A stretch of 52,312 bases of DNA from a bacterium (GTDB lineage Bacteria > Electryoneota > AABM5-125-24 > Hatepunaeales > Hatepunaeaceae). The stretch spans positions 1 through 52,312 of the forward strand of contig JALGVR010000005.1 of assembly GCA_025774605.1 (NCBI GenBank). The letters are read 5' to 3'. Each line of letters opens with the position of its first letter. Positions within the stretch are counted from its first letter, which is position 1. Of this stretch, positions 28,060 through 37,153 are shown piece by piece. Both the position numbers and the translations under genes were made by a program. The notes beneath the pieces are model-generated. The model did no database searches, was not told the DNA's origin, and worked only from the letters and a program-made list of their open reading frames with translations.

Positions 28060-31000
28060 GTGAAGAGAAATATACGCATATACGCGATCGTTTTTTCGTT
28101 GCTGTTCGTGCTTCCATTGCAAGCCTCCCAGCTGGCGGAAGTCGCCCTGATCAGCCGCAGCGACCTGGATCGACTGCTTCGCGGCGGCTTCGATATAACC
28201 TGCGTCAGCGGCGGAAACATGGCTGAGGTCGTTCTGCACAATGAAACCGACGTTGAGCTGTTGAACGAAACCGGTCTTCATTACATGATAACCAACCGCA
28301 ACATCGAGGCGTTCCTGGCGGACCGGCTGGGTGGAAGGCGCGACGATATGGGCGGTTACAGAACCTACGATGAGATCGTCGAAGAGATGGCGTCGATTCA
28401 TGACGATTTTCCGGACATCGCGGGCGAGCTCGTTTCGATAGGCGAGACAATTGAGGAGCGCGATATCTGGGCGTTCAAGATTTCCGATCATCCCGAGGAG
28501 GATGAGGACGAGCCCGAAATACTCTATTCGTCGTTGATACACTCCCGTGAAGTTATCACCGCTGAGGTCCTGTTCAATTATATCTACTATCTTGTCGACA
28601 ATTACGGTCGGGATGAGGCGGTCACTGAACTGGTCGACACGAGGCAGTTGTGGTTTATACTGTGTAACAACCCCGACGGCTATGTCAAGAACGAGGAGGA
28701 CCACCCGGACGGCGGCGGAATGTGGCGGAAGAACTGCCGCCGCAACGACGACGGAGATATTATTGGCGTCGATCTGAACAGGAACTTCGGTTACATGTGG
28801 GGCTATGACAACATCGGCTCCAGCCCCGACGAGGGCCGGGATACGTACCGGGGGACAGGACCGTTCTCGGAACCGGAAAGCCAGGCCGTCAGGGAATTTG
28901 TAAACGATCATAATTTCGGCATCTCCATGTACTTTCACTCATGGGGTGACCTCGTCCTCTACCCTCTCGGCTACGATTACTATTTTCCGGAGGATCTCGA
29001 CGTGTTCAACGCGCTGTCGATGCTGATGTCGCGTGAGAACAGCTACCTGTTCGGAACCGGTTGGGAAGTAATCTACATCACCAACGGCGACACCGACGAC
29101 TGGCTCTATATGTCCGACGAACATGAGCCCGTCGTTGCGTTGACCTTGGAAGTCGGCAACCGCAACGACTACTTCTGGCCGCCGCGCAACCGCGTCGAAG
29201 CGCTGGTCGACGAGAACCTGGAGGCCTGCCTGACAGCCGCCGAATACTGCGACGAGCCGCGCCGGATACTGCGACCGCCCACGCCGGTCAACGTCACCGC
29301 CATGACCGATCAACATGACCGGATCGTCGTCCGTTGGGAGAGCCCGGATGATGAAATCAACCGGGCGGTGAGCTATCGCGTCCGCGCCTGTACGCCGGAT
29401 GATCCCGTCTTTGACGACGCCCCCGAAGACCAGGAGCTTTGGGAGATGAAGGGGGTAAGTTGCTCAGGCATTGATCCCCACAGCGAGCCCCTCAGCTACC
29501 GGTTCGAAACCCGGGATGACATGGCGACCATGACCCTCATCGAGGAGATCCCCGCTCCGGACACCCTCAGCGCCTGGGTCAGGTACAGTTTCAGACACTA
29601 TCTTCCCCACGGTATCGCCCTCGAAGTCTCTTATGACGGCTTCGAATGGGAGCCAATCCCCGGCGCTGATACAGAGGATATCATCACTCATGATATCAAC
29701 CTCGGACCCGCCCTCAGAGGCGACAGCGAAGGATGGACACAAACCGAGTGGTACCTGGGCGATCATGCCGGTGAAATGGTCAAACTGCGCTTCCGCTATT
29801 ACCAGTTCGCCCGCCGGCTCAACGGGGAAACAGCTTACATAGACGACATCGGACCGCTGCCGCAATGGCAGGACCGCGAGATCCTCGCCGAAGACCTCGA
29901 CAACTGGGTCTGGGTCGATCGCGAGCACGACCTGGAAGACAACTTGTACTATCAGGTTCAGGCTCTCGACGCCGACGGCGACGTTTCGTTCTGGAGCGAA
30001 CCGACCGGCGTCACGGAAGGTCCGGCACGGTTCAGCATCGACATACCGATCGGCTGGTCGATTATCAGTTCGCCGCTGGAGCTGGTTGATCCCGATCTCG
30101 AGAGCGTCTTTGCGGAGCTGATCGACAAGGACGCGCTCAATCTGGTCAAGGATGTGACGGGGGATTTCTTCTCGCCCGCGCACAACTATAACGGCATCGG
30201 CGACTGGGATCCCCTCTGCGGCTACCAGGTCAAGTTGAACCAGTCCGCCGAGCTTGAGCTTGAAGGATACTACCTGCCCGAGGATACGCCGATACCCCTC
30301 GAAGCCACCTGGAGTATAATTCCCTACCTTCCCGACGAACATATTCCGACCGAAGACGCCCTCGGCAGCATCGAGGAAAACCTCATCATCGCCAAGGACG
30401 GCTTCGGCAGGTTCTGGCTGCCCGAGTGGAATTTCAACAACATACCCGACATGAACCAGGGGGAGGGTTATTTTGTTCTGCTCACCGATCCCGACACCCT
30501 TGTCTATCCGGTCGAACATGCTGATTTCGCCCTGGAGCCCGAAGATCACGGCTTCGATTTGGCCGGATTTGACCCGCCGGGGCCGGACAATCACAGCCTG
30601 CTTCTTCAGTTTGATCAACCGCTCGAACCGGGGATCATCTCGCTGATGGACCGTGATGGCAACCTCTGCGGCAGATCCAGGACTTTTGCCGGTCAGACCG
30701 ATCTCGGGCTGGCGGCCTGGGGCGAGCCCCCCGGCAGGCGGAACGGCTACAGGACGGGTGAGCCCTTCAGCGCCGTCTGGAGCGCTGAGGATTCCGACGA
30801 GGGAATCGCATTGTCGCTCTCGGTTGTCATGGGCGATCCCGTATACAGGAAAAACGGTATCTCGGTCATCTCCGCCGTTCGCGAAGCGGCTGCTCCCCCG
30901 TTTGAACACGGTGTGATCAGCGCCGCCCCCAACCCGTTCAACGGCAGGCTGACGCTGAGATTCAACCTGCTTGAACCGGCGCACATAAACCTGTCCATAT

Positions 31001-31176
31001 ATAACACCTCCGGTCGCCTGGTGGATCAGGTCGCGGCGGGTGATCATCCGGCAGGCCGGTATCGCCTGGTCTGGCGGGGTGAAGAGAGACCCTCCGGGCT
31101 GTATTTCGCCAGACTTGACACCCGATCCGGAGACAATACCAGCCGAACACAAACCAGACTTCTACTCATCCGCTAA
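28060..31176 (+). CDS. Secreted M14 zinc carboxypeptidase (CpT-like) with accessory domains and a PNPFN C-terminal domain; start uncertain (28009 or 28060)
   Basis: Signal peptide after GTG 28060; HSRE, NPDG, WRKN, GVDLNRNF, FSEPE, FHSW, catalytic TLEVG; C-terminal PNPFN...SGLYF. Confidence 0.9.
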   Translation: MKRNIRIYAIVFSLLFVLPLQASQLAEVALISRSDLDRLLRGGFDITCVSGGNMAEVVLHNETDVELLNETGLHYMITNRNIEAFLADRLGGRRDDMGGYRTYDEIVEEMASIHDDFPDIAGELVSIGETIEERDIWAFKISDHPEEDEDEPEILYSSLIHSREVITAEVLFNYIYYLVDNYGRDEAVTELVDTRQLWFILCNNPDGYVKNEEDHPDGGGMWRKNCRRNDDGDIIGVDLNRNFGYMWGYDNIGSSPDEGRDTYRGTGPFSEPESQAVREFVNDHNFGISMYFHSWGDLVLYPLGYDYYFPEDLDVFNALSMLMSRENSYLFGTGWEVIYITNGDTDDWLYMSDEHEPVVALTLEVGNRNDYFWPPRNRVEALVDENLEACLTAAEYCDEPRRILRPPTPVNVTAMTDQHDRIVVRWESPDDEINRAVSYRVRACTPDDPVFDDAPEDQELWEMKGVSCSGIDPHSEPLSYRFETRDDMATMTLIEEIPAPDTLSAWVRYSFRHYLPHGIALEVSYDGFEWEPIPGADTEDIITHDINLGPALRGDSEGWTQTEWYLGDHAGEMVKLRFRYYQFARRLNGETAYIDDIGPLPQWQDREILAEDLDNWVWVDREHDLEDNLYYQVQALDADGDVSFWSEPTGVTEGPARFSIDIPIGWSIISSPLELVDPDLESVFAELIDKDALNLVKDVTGDFFSPAHNYNGIGDWDPLCGYQVKLNQSAELELEGYYLPEDTPIPLEATWSIIPYLPDEHIPTEDALGSIEENLIIAKDGFGRFWLPEWNFNNIPDMNQGEGYFVLLTDPDTLVYPVEHADFALEPEDHGFDLAGFDPPGPDNHSLLLQFDQPLEPGIISLMDRDGNLCGRSRTFAGQTDLGLAAWGEPPGRRNGYRTGEPFSAVWSAEDSDEGIALSLSVVMGDPVYRKNGISVISAVREAAAPPFEHGVISAAPNPFNGRLTLRFNLLEPAHINLSIYNTSGRLVDQVAAGDHPAGRYRLVWRGEERPSGLYFARLDTRSGDNTSRTQTRLLLIR

Positions 31177-31265
31177 GGGTAAACCGCCTGAAAATGCCCC
31201 GTTAAGTTTTGGAGAGAGGCATTAATATCCTTATATTAATGTTTTAAGTCCATTTTCGAATTAAA

Positions 31266-33968
31266 GTGAACCTCAGGCATCCGGAAAGCTTGAATCTCCA
31301 CACCCCTAATCTCAGTTCAGCTGTCAAGGCTGCAATCGTCAGCCTGGCGGTGGTCATGTCATACGTCCAGGCACCGGGCTGTCTTTGCGCTCCGCTGGAG
31401 ATCACCGTCCCCACCCGCACCGTTAAGGATGCCTTTTACCATCAGCGCATCATGCCGGATCGACGACGCCTGATGATCGCGCTCTCGGGGGGAGGCGACC
31501 GGGGACTGGCACAGGTCGGCGTGCTGGAGATCCTCGAGGAGGCCGGACTGAAACCGGACGGCATCACCGGCGTGTCCATCGGCGCGCTGGTCGGCGGCTT
31601 GTATGCCGCGGGCTATACGACCTCCCAGATAACCGCGCGCCTGGCGCAACTGGACTGGAGCGGCATCCTTCTCGACAGGCCGGAACGTAAGACGCTCTTA
31701 CTGGCGCGCAAGGACGAACAGGCGCGCCACCTTTTAAGCCTCCGTCTGGGGAAACACCTGACGCCCGTCATACCCGGCGCCATCGCGCCCGGGCAGAAAC
31801 TTTACATGAGCCTGCTCGATCTCACCCTCGATATCCCCTGTCGCACGGACGGGGACTGGTCGAACCTGAGAATTCCCCTGCAGATACTTGCTACCGACCT
31901 TAAAACCGGCAGGGGCGTCGTCTTCAACTCCGGTGACCTGACGCCCGGCATACGCGGGTCGATCTCCATGCCGTTGCTCTTCGACCCGTTTCAATACGAC
32001 ACGCTGCAGCTAATCGACGGCGGCATCACCAACAATATCCCGGTTAAACTGGCTCGCACAGCGGAAAATGACGTTGTACTGGCGGTCAATACGACCTCGC
32101 CCCTTCGCTCCACCGCACCCCCTGTCCAGCCCTGGCGCATCGTGGATCAGGTTACCAGCATAATGGAGAAGGAAGCCGATGCGCGATCGCTGGACGAAGC
32201 CGACATCGTGGTTTCGCCGCAACTGGGGAACATCTTCATCGTCGAACCGGAGCAGGTTGATGATGTGGTGGATGCCGGCCGGAGGGCAATGGAGACCGTT
32301 CTTCCCGATCTGCAGCGGCTGCTGAAGCGACCTGTTCAGGAGGATGATACCGTTTTCATCCGTTTCAGCCGGGTTGACTTCAACGGCGGCGCGTCGCCTG
32401 CGCCGCCGCCGTTTCATGAGGGATCGGACCTGAACGGCGGCGCTGAAATCGGTGAAATCAGGGATTATCTGTGGCGCCTCTACCGCGACGGCACGGTTCG
32501 CAACGTGCACGCACGCTACGACAGCTCAAATTCCGTTCTGTCGATCAAAGTGATCAGAACCCACCGGCTGACCGGGGTTGAATTCAGCGGTGAACCGTTA
32601 ATTCCGGACAGCATCCTCGTGGAGCCCTTCAAGCCGCTGCTCGGCAGACTGTTGAACCTCGACACCGCCGCGGTCGCGCTGTGTAACGTCCTGTCTCTCC
32701 AGCGCCGGGCGGGTTTCCCGCTGACCACGGTATCCGCCGTTTCTTTCGACACCACGACCGGTAAGCTCGACCTGAAAATGGATGCGGGATGCCTGGGCGG
32801 GATACGTTTCGTCGGTCTGAAGAAGGTCGCGGAGGGATGGATAAGGCATGAGATCCCGCTGGAACGGGGTCAGCCGGTAACCCGGCAGGGCGTCGTCAAG
32901 GGTACGGCGAACCTGTACGCCACCGGGCTGTTCCGCAACGTTCATCCGGTGCTGTCCCGGAACAGGCGGGGGAGCGGGTACTGGACGCTGGAGGTTCATG
33001 TCAGCGAACATCCATCACCCCCGGTTCTGCTGGGTTTAGCCTATCAGAGCGAACAGCTGACCCGGGGCTTCATCGAACTGGTACATCCCTATTCGTTCTA
33101 TTACGCGGCGCGAACGGTTCTCTTCACCTCCTTCGGCAAAATGGATACGGAGTACAGAATCTCGACCCTCACCGACAAGCTCTTCGGACTCCCGCTCACA
33201 TACAACCTGTCAATGGCGTATAATATGAGAAAACGGACCTCGTACGACAGTGATCATAACAGCGCCGGCGATTACCGCCAGACGCGCTGGGGGGGCAGCA
33301 TCCAGGTCGGAGGTCACATCCTGACATGGGGAATGCTGACGTTCGCCTGTCGGTGGGAGAAACACGAGAATCATTACCCGGCAAAGGACGAATTTTACAG
33401 CCTGGGCGCAATAAACGCCAGGTTCGCCATCGACACGCAGGATCGGACGGTTTTTCCCAAACATGGGATCAGGCTGGAGTCGATGTATGAATCAGCGAGC
33501 GACTACCTCGGATCGGATCGTAAATTCAACCGTTTTCTGGGTTCTTTCGACGGATGCGCCACAGCCTTCAGGCGACATACGCTGAGCCTGCATTTCAGGG
33601 GGGCGACCAGCGATCGAACCACGCCCTCTGACGAACAGTTCAGGCTGGGCGGCATCCATTCGTTTCCCGGCTTGCACCTTGACGAGAAGGTGGGCCAGAT
33701 GCAGATAGCCGGCGGGGTCGAATACCGCCTCGACCTGATCAGCCGCATACTGGCGGAAAGCTACGTCGGTCTGCGCTATGACATCGCCGGCAGTTGGAGA
33801 GACCCTGAAGCGCAGATCACGCGGCGTGACTGGATGCATTCGAGCGGTATATACCTCGCCCTCGACACCATGCTGGGACCGGTGATCATTCAATGGGGGC
33901 ACCTGTTTGACATAGGCCCTTCGCCGATGCAGGACATCTTATTCATCCAGATCGGGAACCAATTCTAA
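31266..33968 (+). CDS. Patatin-like phospholipase fused to POTRA and an Omp85-type barrel (PlpD-like)
   Basis: LSGGG, GVSIG nucleophile, DGG; NLYATGLF POTRA; FRLGG; terminal IQIGNQF. Confidence 0.87.
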   Translation: MNLRHPESLNLHTPNLSSAVKAAIVSLAVVMSYVQAPGCLCAPLEITVPTRTVKDAFYHQRIMPDRRRLMIALSGGGDRGLAQVGVLEILEEAGLKPDGITGVSIGALVGGLYAAGYTTSQITARLAQLDWSGILLDRPERKTLLLARKDEQARHLLSLRLGKHLTPVIPGAIAPGQKLYMSLLDLTLDIPCRTDGDWSNLRIPLQILATDLKTGRGVVFNSGDLTPGIRGSISMPLLFDPFQYDTLQLIDGGITNNIPVKLARTAENDVVLAVNTTSPLRSTAPPVQPWRIVDQVTSIMEKEADARSLDEADIVVSPQLGNIFIVEPEQVDDVVDAGRRAMETVLPDLQRLLKRPVQEDDTVFIRFSRVDFNGGASPAPPPFHEGSDLNGGAEIGEIRDYLWRLYRDGTVRNVHARYDSSNSVLSIKVIRTHRLTGVEFSGEPLIPDSILVEPFKPLLGRLLNLDTAAVALCNVLSLQRRAGFPLTTVSAVSFDTTTGKLDLKMDAGCLGGIRFVGLKKVAEGWIRHEIPLERGQPVTRQGVVKGTANLYATGLFRNVHPVLSRNRRGSGYWTLEVHVSEHPSPPVLLGLAYQSEQLTRGFIELVHPYSFYYAARTVLFTSFGKMDTEYRISTLTDKLFGLPLTYNLSMAYNMRKRTSYDSDHNSAGDYRQTRWGGSIQVGGHILTWGMLTFACRWEKHENHYPAKDEFYSLGAINARFAIDTQDRTVFPKHGIRLESMYESASDYLGSDRKFNRFLGSFDGCATAFRRHTLSLHFRGATSDRTTPSDEQFRLGGIHSFPGLHLDEKVGQMQIAGGVEYRLDLISRILAESYVGLRYDIAGSWRDPEAQITRRDWMHSSGIYLALDTMLGPVIIQWGHLFDIGPSPMQDILFIQIGNQF

Positions 33969-34020
33969 CCTGATCGCATTAAACAGATCAGGTACCTAAA
34001 CACACATTCGGAGCCAAGGC

Positions 34021-35754
34021 ATGAAACTGTTGCCGATTATTTTCTCAACCATATTCCTCTTCACTTCGGCTTATTCCGACAACTCACAAGCATCCAGGAG
34101 CACCAGGCGGGACCGTTACCGGGATATCGCCGTCCAGATCAAGCGGATCGGTGAAGTCATCAACGGTGTGAACGAACGCTATGTGGATCCCATTGACATG
34201 GATGAATTCATCCAGGCCGGCATCGAGGGAATGTTGAGAACGCTCGATCCGTACACCGTTTATTTCGAACCTGATCGAGTCAAGGATCTCGACGAGATCA
34301 CCAAGGGTGAGTTCTGCGGTGTGGGCATCGAAATCGGTCTGCGCGGCAAGGAGAAGGAGCTGACCGTCATATCCCCGATGCCGAACACGCCTGCCTCGCG
34401 TATCGGCATCAGAGCCGGCGACGTCATAATCGCGGTCGACGGGAAATCCACCAAGGGCTTTACCACGGCGGATGCCGCCAAGCACATCCGCGGTGAACCC
34501 GGCACGGAAGTCACCCTGACCATCAGACGCAGGTCCAACGAACAGCCTCTTGAATACACCATCGTCAGGGAGAACATCCGGGTGCACGACGTGGCCTATT
34601 CCGGGATGCTCAAAGACAACATCGGTTACATCAAGCTGGTGAGGTTTTCCAGTCATGCCGGCACCGAGCTCCGGCAGGCACTAAGGGAATTGCTGCCACA
34701 TAATCCGGCCGGTCTGATACTTGATCTCCGCTCCAACCCGGGGGGACTGCTGCCGTCGGCGGTGGATGTGTCAGAGGAATTCCTGCAGCCGAACCTGCAG
34801 ATAGTGTCAACCCGGGGAAGATACCCCCGTTCGATACGCTCATTTAAGGCGACCGCGGAACCGCTGGCGGCGGATATTCCACTCGTCGTGCTGGTGAACG
34901 GCGGCAGCGCCTCCGCGTCCGAAATCGTCGCCGGCGCGCTCCAGGATCACGACCGGGCGGTTATCATCGGCACCACAACCTTTGGCAAGGGGCTGGTTCA
35001 GTCGGTGCGCAAGCTCTCAGGCAACGCCGCGCTCAAGATCACCACTGCCCGATATTATACGCCGTCGGGACGGTTGATCCAGCGTGACCGCCACCGTGAT
35101 GAAGACGATCTGTTCTCCGCGGTTGACAGTAATCGGAGCTCTTCCGCCGGCACCGGCGAAACGACCGCTCCCGACACGAGCGGGGAGAAGTTCTACACCG
35201 ATTCCGGTCGGGAGGTGTTCGGTGGAGGCGGCATCACACCCGATATAATACTGAAACCGGAACCACTCGATCCAACCAGGGTGGAGATGTATCGAAGGGA
35301 CCTGTTCTTCATGTTCGTCGAGAACTGGCTGACCAAGAACACGCGACCGGATACGGTCGTTGTGACCGAAGAGATGCTCAGCGACTTCGACAGGTTCATC
35401 GACAGCCTTGACTTTCAGCCGCCCATACACGGTGAAGAGCAGATCGAGGCGCTGCGGGAGATCGGGCGGCATGATTCGCTGGACACCCTTTTCACGGCTG
35501 ACCTGGACCAAATCGAAGATATATTACGGCGGTCGTCGCGTGATTTCAATCCGCAGATACGGGAGTTTATCAGGCAGAGCATCGACATGGAGCTCGCCTC
35601 GGTCCTGGGTGGCAGGGAGTGGCGTATCCGCGCCTCGTTCGACGAAGACGTTCAACTGGCTGAAGCGATTGCCATACTCAAGGACAAGGCTCGGTATACC
35701 GCCGAGCTTCAGGGCGTAAGCCGTGCTGATGCCGGTGAAAACCGAACCGAATAA
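34021..35754 (+). CDS. ctpA: C-terminal processing protease, S41A family with PDZ domain
   Basis: LDPYT, GVGIEI, DLRSNPGG, SASASEIVAGALQD, TFGKGLVQ, ARYYTPSG. Confidence 0.94.
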   Translation: MKLLPIIFSTIFLFTSAYSDNSQASRSTRRDRYRDIAVQIKRIGEVINGVNERYVDPIDMDEFIQAGIEGMLRTLDPYTVYFEPDRVKDLDEITKGEFCGVGIEIGLRGKEKELTVISPMPNTPASRIGIRAGDVIIAVDGKSTKGFTTADAAKHIRGEPGTEVTLTIRRRSNEQPLEYTIVRENIRVHDVAYSGMLKDNIGYIKLVRFSSHAGTELRQALRELLPHNPAGLILDLRSNPGGLLPSAVDVSEEFLQPNLQIVSTRGRYPRSIRSFKATAEPLAADIPLVVLVNGGSASASEIVAGALQDHDRAVIIGTTTFGKGLVQSVRKLSGNAALKITTARYYTPSGRLIQRDRHRDEDDLFSAVDSNRSSSAGTGETTAPDTSGEKFYTDSGREVFGGGGITPDIILKPEPLDPTRVEMYRRDLFFMFVENWLTKNTRPDTVVVTEEMLSDFDRFIDSLDFQPPIHGEEQIEALREIGRHDSLDTLFTADLDQIEDILRRSSRDFNPQIREFIRQSIDMELASVLGGREWRIRASFDEDVQLAEAIAILKDKARYTAELQGVSRADAGENRTE

Positions 35755-35822
35755 CGCAGTCCGGCTGACCGTTCACCGGTGGAACAGGCTGTCACATCAT
35801 CTCCTTACGCCGGAATGATCAA

Positions 35823-35851
35823 GCGTCTCCCGCCTGAACGGCGGGAGACGC
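35823..35851. terminator. Perfect 12-bp hairpin after ctpA (terminator or REP-like)
   Basis: GCGTCTCCCGCC-TGAAC-GGCGGGAGACGC; no clear U tract. Confidence 0.5.
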
Positions 35852-35998
35852 GTCACTTTGACAGAACATGACCCGCCGCAATGCACTTCCAGCCGGGCCG
35901 CAATAATCTCCAGTGAATCCCACGATCGCCGGTCAAATCACCGTCGCGCGGCACCCGTCTCGAAAGTAAGAATTTTACAAATTTTTCCCTCAATCTCT

Positions 35999-36078
35999 TG
36001 CGTATGATGTGCAGTTGATTTATCTTTCGCTTGCGCATTTTTTGCACACAGATTCGCTTATTCTGCAAATTATTCGCA
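35999..36078. promoter_or_regulatory. Three phased TGC-N9-GCA palindromes (candidate regulator binding sites)
   Basis: TGCGTATGATGTGCA (35999), TGCGCATTTTTTGCA (36032), TGCAAATTATTCGCA (36064). Confidence 0.55.
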
Positions 36079-36109
36079 GTGGAACTGTCATGATAACAAG
36101 GGAGGCGGA

Positions 36110-37129
36110 TTGTCTGAGCGACCTTTAGGATGGGTTTTTCTCCTGGCCACGACTTTGCTTTTGGCAAACTGTGATTGGGATCCTGCACACGACCACATTT
36201 TAGACCCTGATAATCCTCAGTCCAGACCGTTCGGCAGCCTTAGATTAACGGTACTTACCCTGGATCAGCACCCCGTCAACAACGCTTACGCCCAGATCAA
36301 GGAGGTCGGCCGTTTCGGGACAACCGATACAAGCGGTGTGGTCTGTTTCTACGATCTGCCGGAGGGCGAATGGTGGGTTGTGGCTTACCGCAACAGTGTT
36401 CCCGATACGGTATATGCGCCCGACTCGGTGCAGGTAACCATCCGGCATTTCACCCGTACAGACACCAACCTGCAGCTTGACGCCGTACCCTCCTTTATCA
36501 ACGTCACCGTGAACTCGATAACACAGGCTGTCAATATCGACAGCAACTACATCTATGCCAGGCTGACGGCGAGGGTGTTCGATCCCGATGGAATCACCGA
36601 TCTGGACCGGGTCGAATGGAAGTTGCGGGACCTCCGAAACAACATACTGATGCATGATACTCTCGATCACTACGATCCCGATTCCGCGTATTGGTGGGAG
36701 GAGATTCCCTCCGGTGAATTTCCGGGGGGGAATCTCATAAACACGTTTACCACACCCTTCATCTTTGAATCGTATGACCATGCGGGAAATTCATCGCAGT
36801 CAACGGCTTACCTGGCCAGGATCATATACCGTCCCCCTGAACTGCGGGCGGTTGTCCAGTCAGGTCCCAAGCCGACGCTGAGGTGGAACTACAGTTGGAG
36901 CCTCGAGTTTCCCGTGCCCGAATCGTTCTACTATCTGGTCAGCATTTACGAGGTTCCCAGCGAGACACTCGTCTACCGCCGACAGCTCATCCCGGACGGC
37001 TCCGGAGAGATTTCGCATACGGTGGAGGATTCCCTTGAAATCGCCGGGACCTATCGCTGGGATGTGTGGGTGTTTGACCTTTTCGGCAACAATGCCCGTT
37101 CGCTGCGTAACGGTTTTGTAGTCGGCTGA
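36110..37129 (+). CDS. Putative lipoprotein with a carboxypeptidase-regulatory-like (Ig) domain
   Basis: GGGAGG RBS before TTG; lipobox LLAN/C; TTDTSG...LPEG.W; ARVFDPDGITD. Confidence 0.8.
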   Translation: MSERPLGWVFLLATTLLLANCDWDPAHDHILDPDNPQSRPFGSLRLTVLTLDQHPVNNAYAQIKEVGRFGTTDTSGVVCFYDLPEGEWWVVAYRNSVPDTVYAPDSVQVTIRHFTRTDTNLQLDAVPSFINVTVNSITQAVNIDSNYIYARLTARVFDPDGITDLDRVEWKLRDLRNNILMHDTLDHYDPDSAYWWEEIPSGEFPGGNLINTFTTPFIFESYDHAGNSSQSTAYLARIIYRPPELRAVVQSGPKPTLRWNYSWSLEFPVPESFYYLVSIYEVPSETLVYRRQLIPDGSGEISHTVEDSLEIAGTYRWDVWVFDLFGNNARSLRNGFVVG

Positions 37130-37153
37130 TAAAAAATTTGGCTTGGGTATAAC

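Noticed and set aside
29464-31152. 562-aa minus-strand ORF, and similar long antisense ORFs (866-1786, 10856-11773, 15953-17035, 37349-38356, 51063-52016)
   Set aside because: Each lies opposite a well-supported gene and has no recognisable motifs; these are typical shadow ORFs in GC-rich DNA.
36080-36095. Sigma54 promoter TGGAAC... just before the lipoprotein gene
   Set aside because: No GC at the required GG-N10-GC position; nearby minus-strand candidates have N8 or N9 spacing.
35853-36188. 111-aa minus-strand ORF across the regulatory gap (also 24988-25197 and 6304-7140)
   Set aside because: No motifs; these overlap real genes, tRNA or repeats and have non-coding-like composition.
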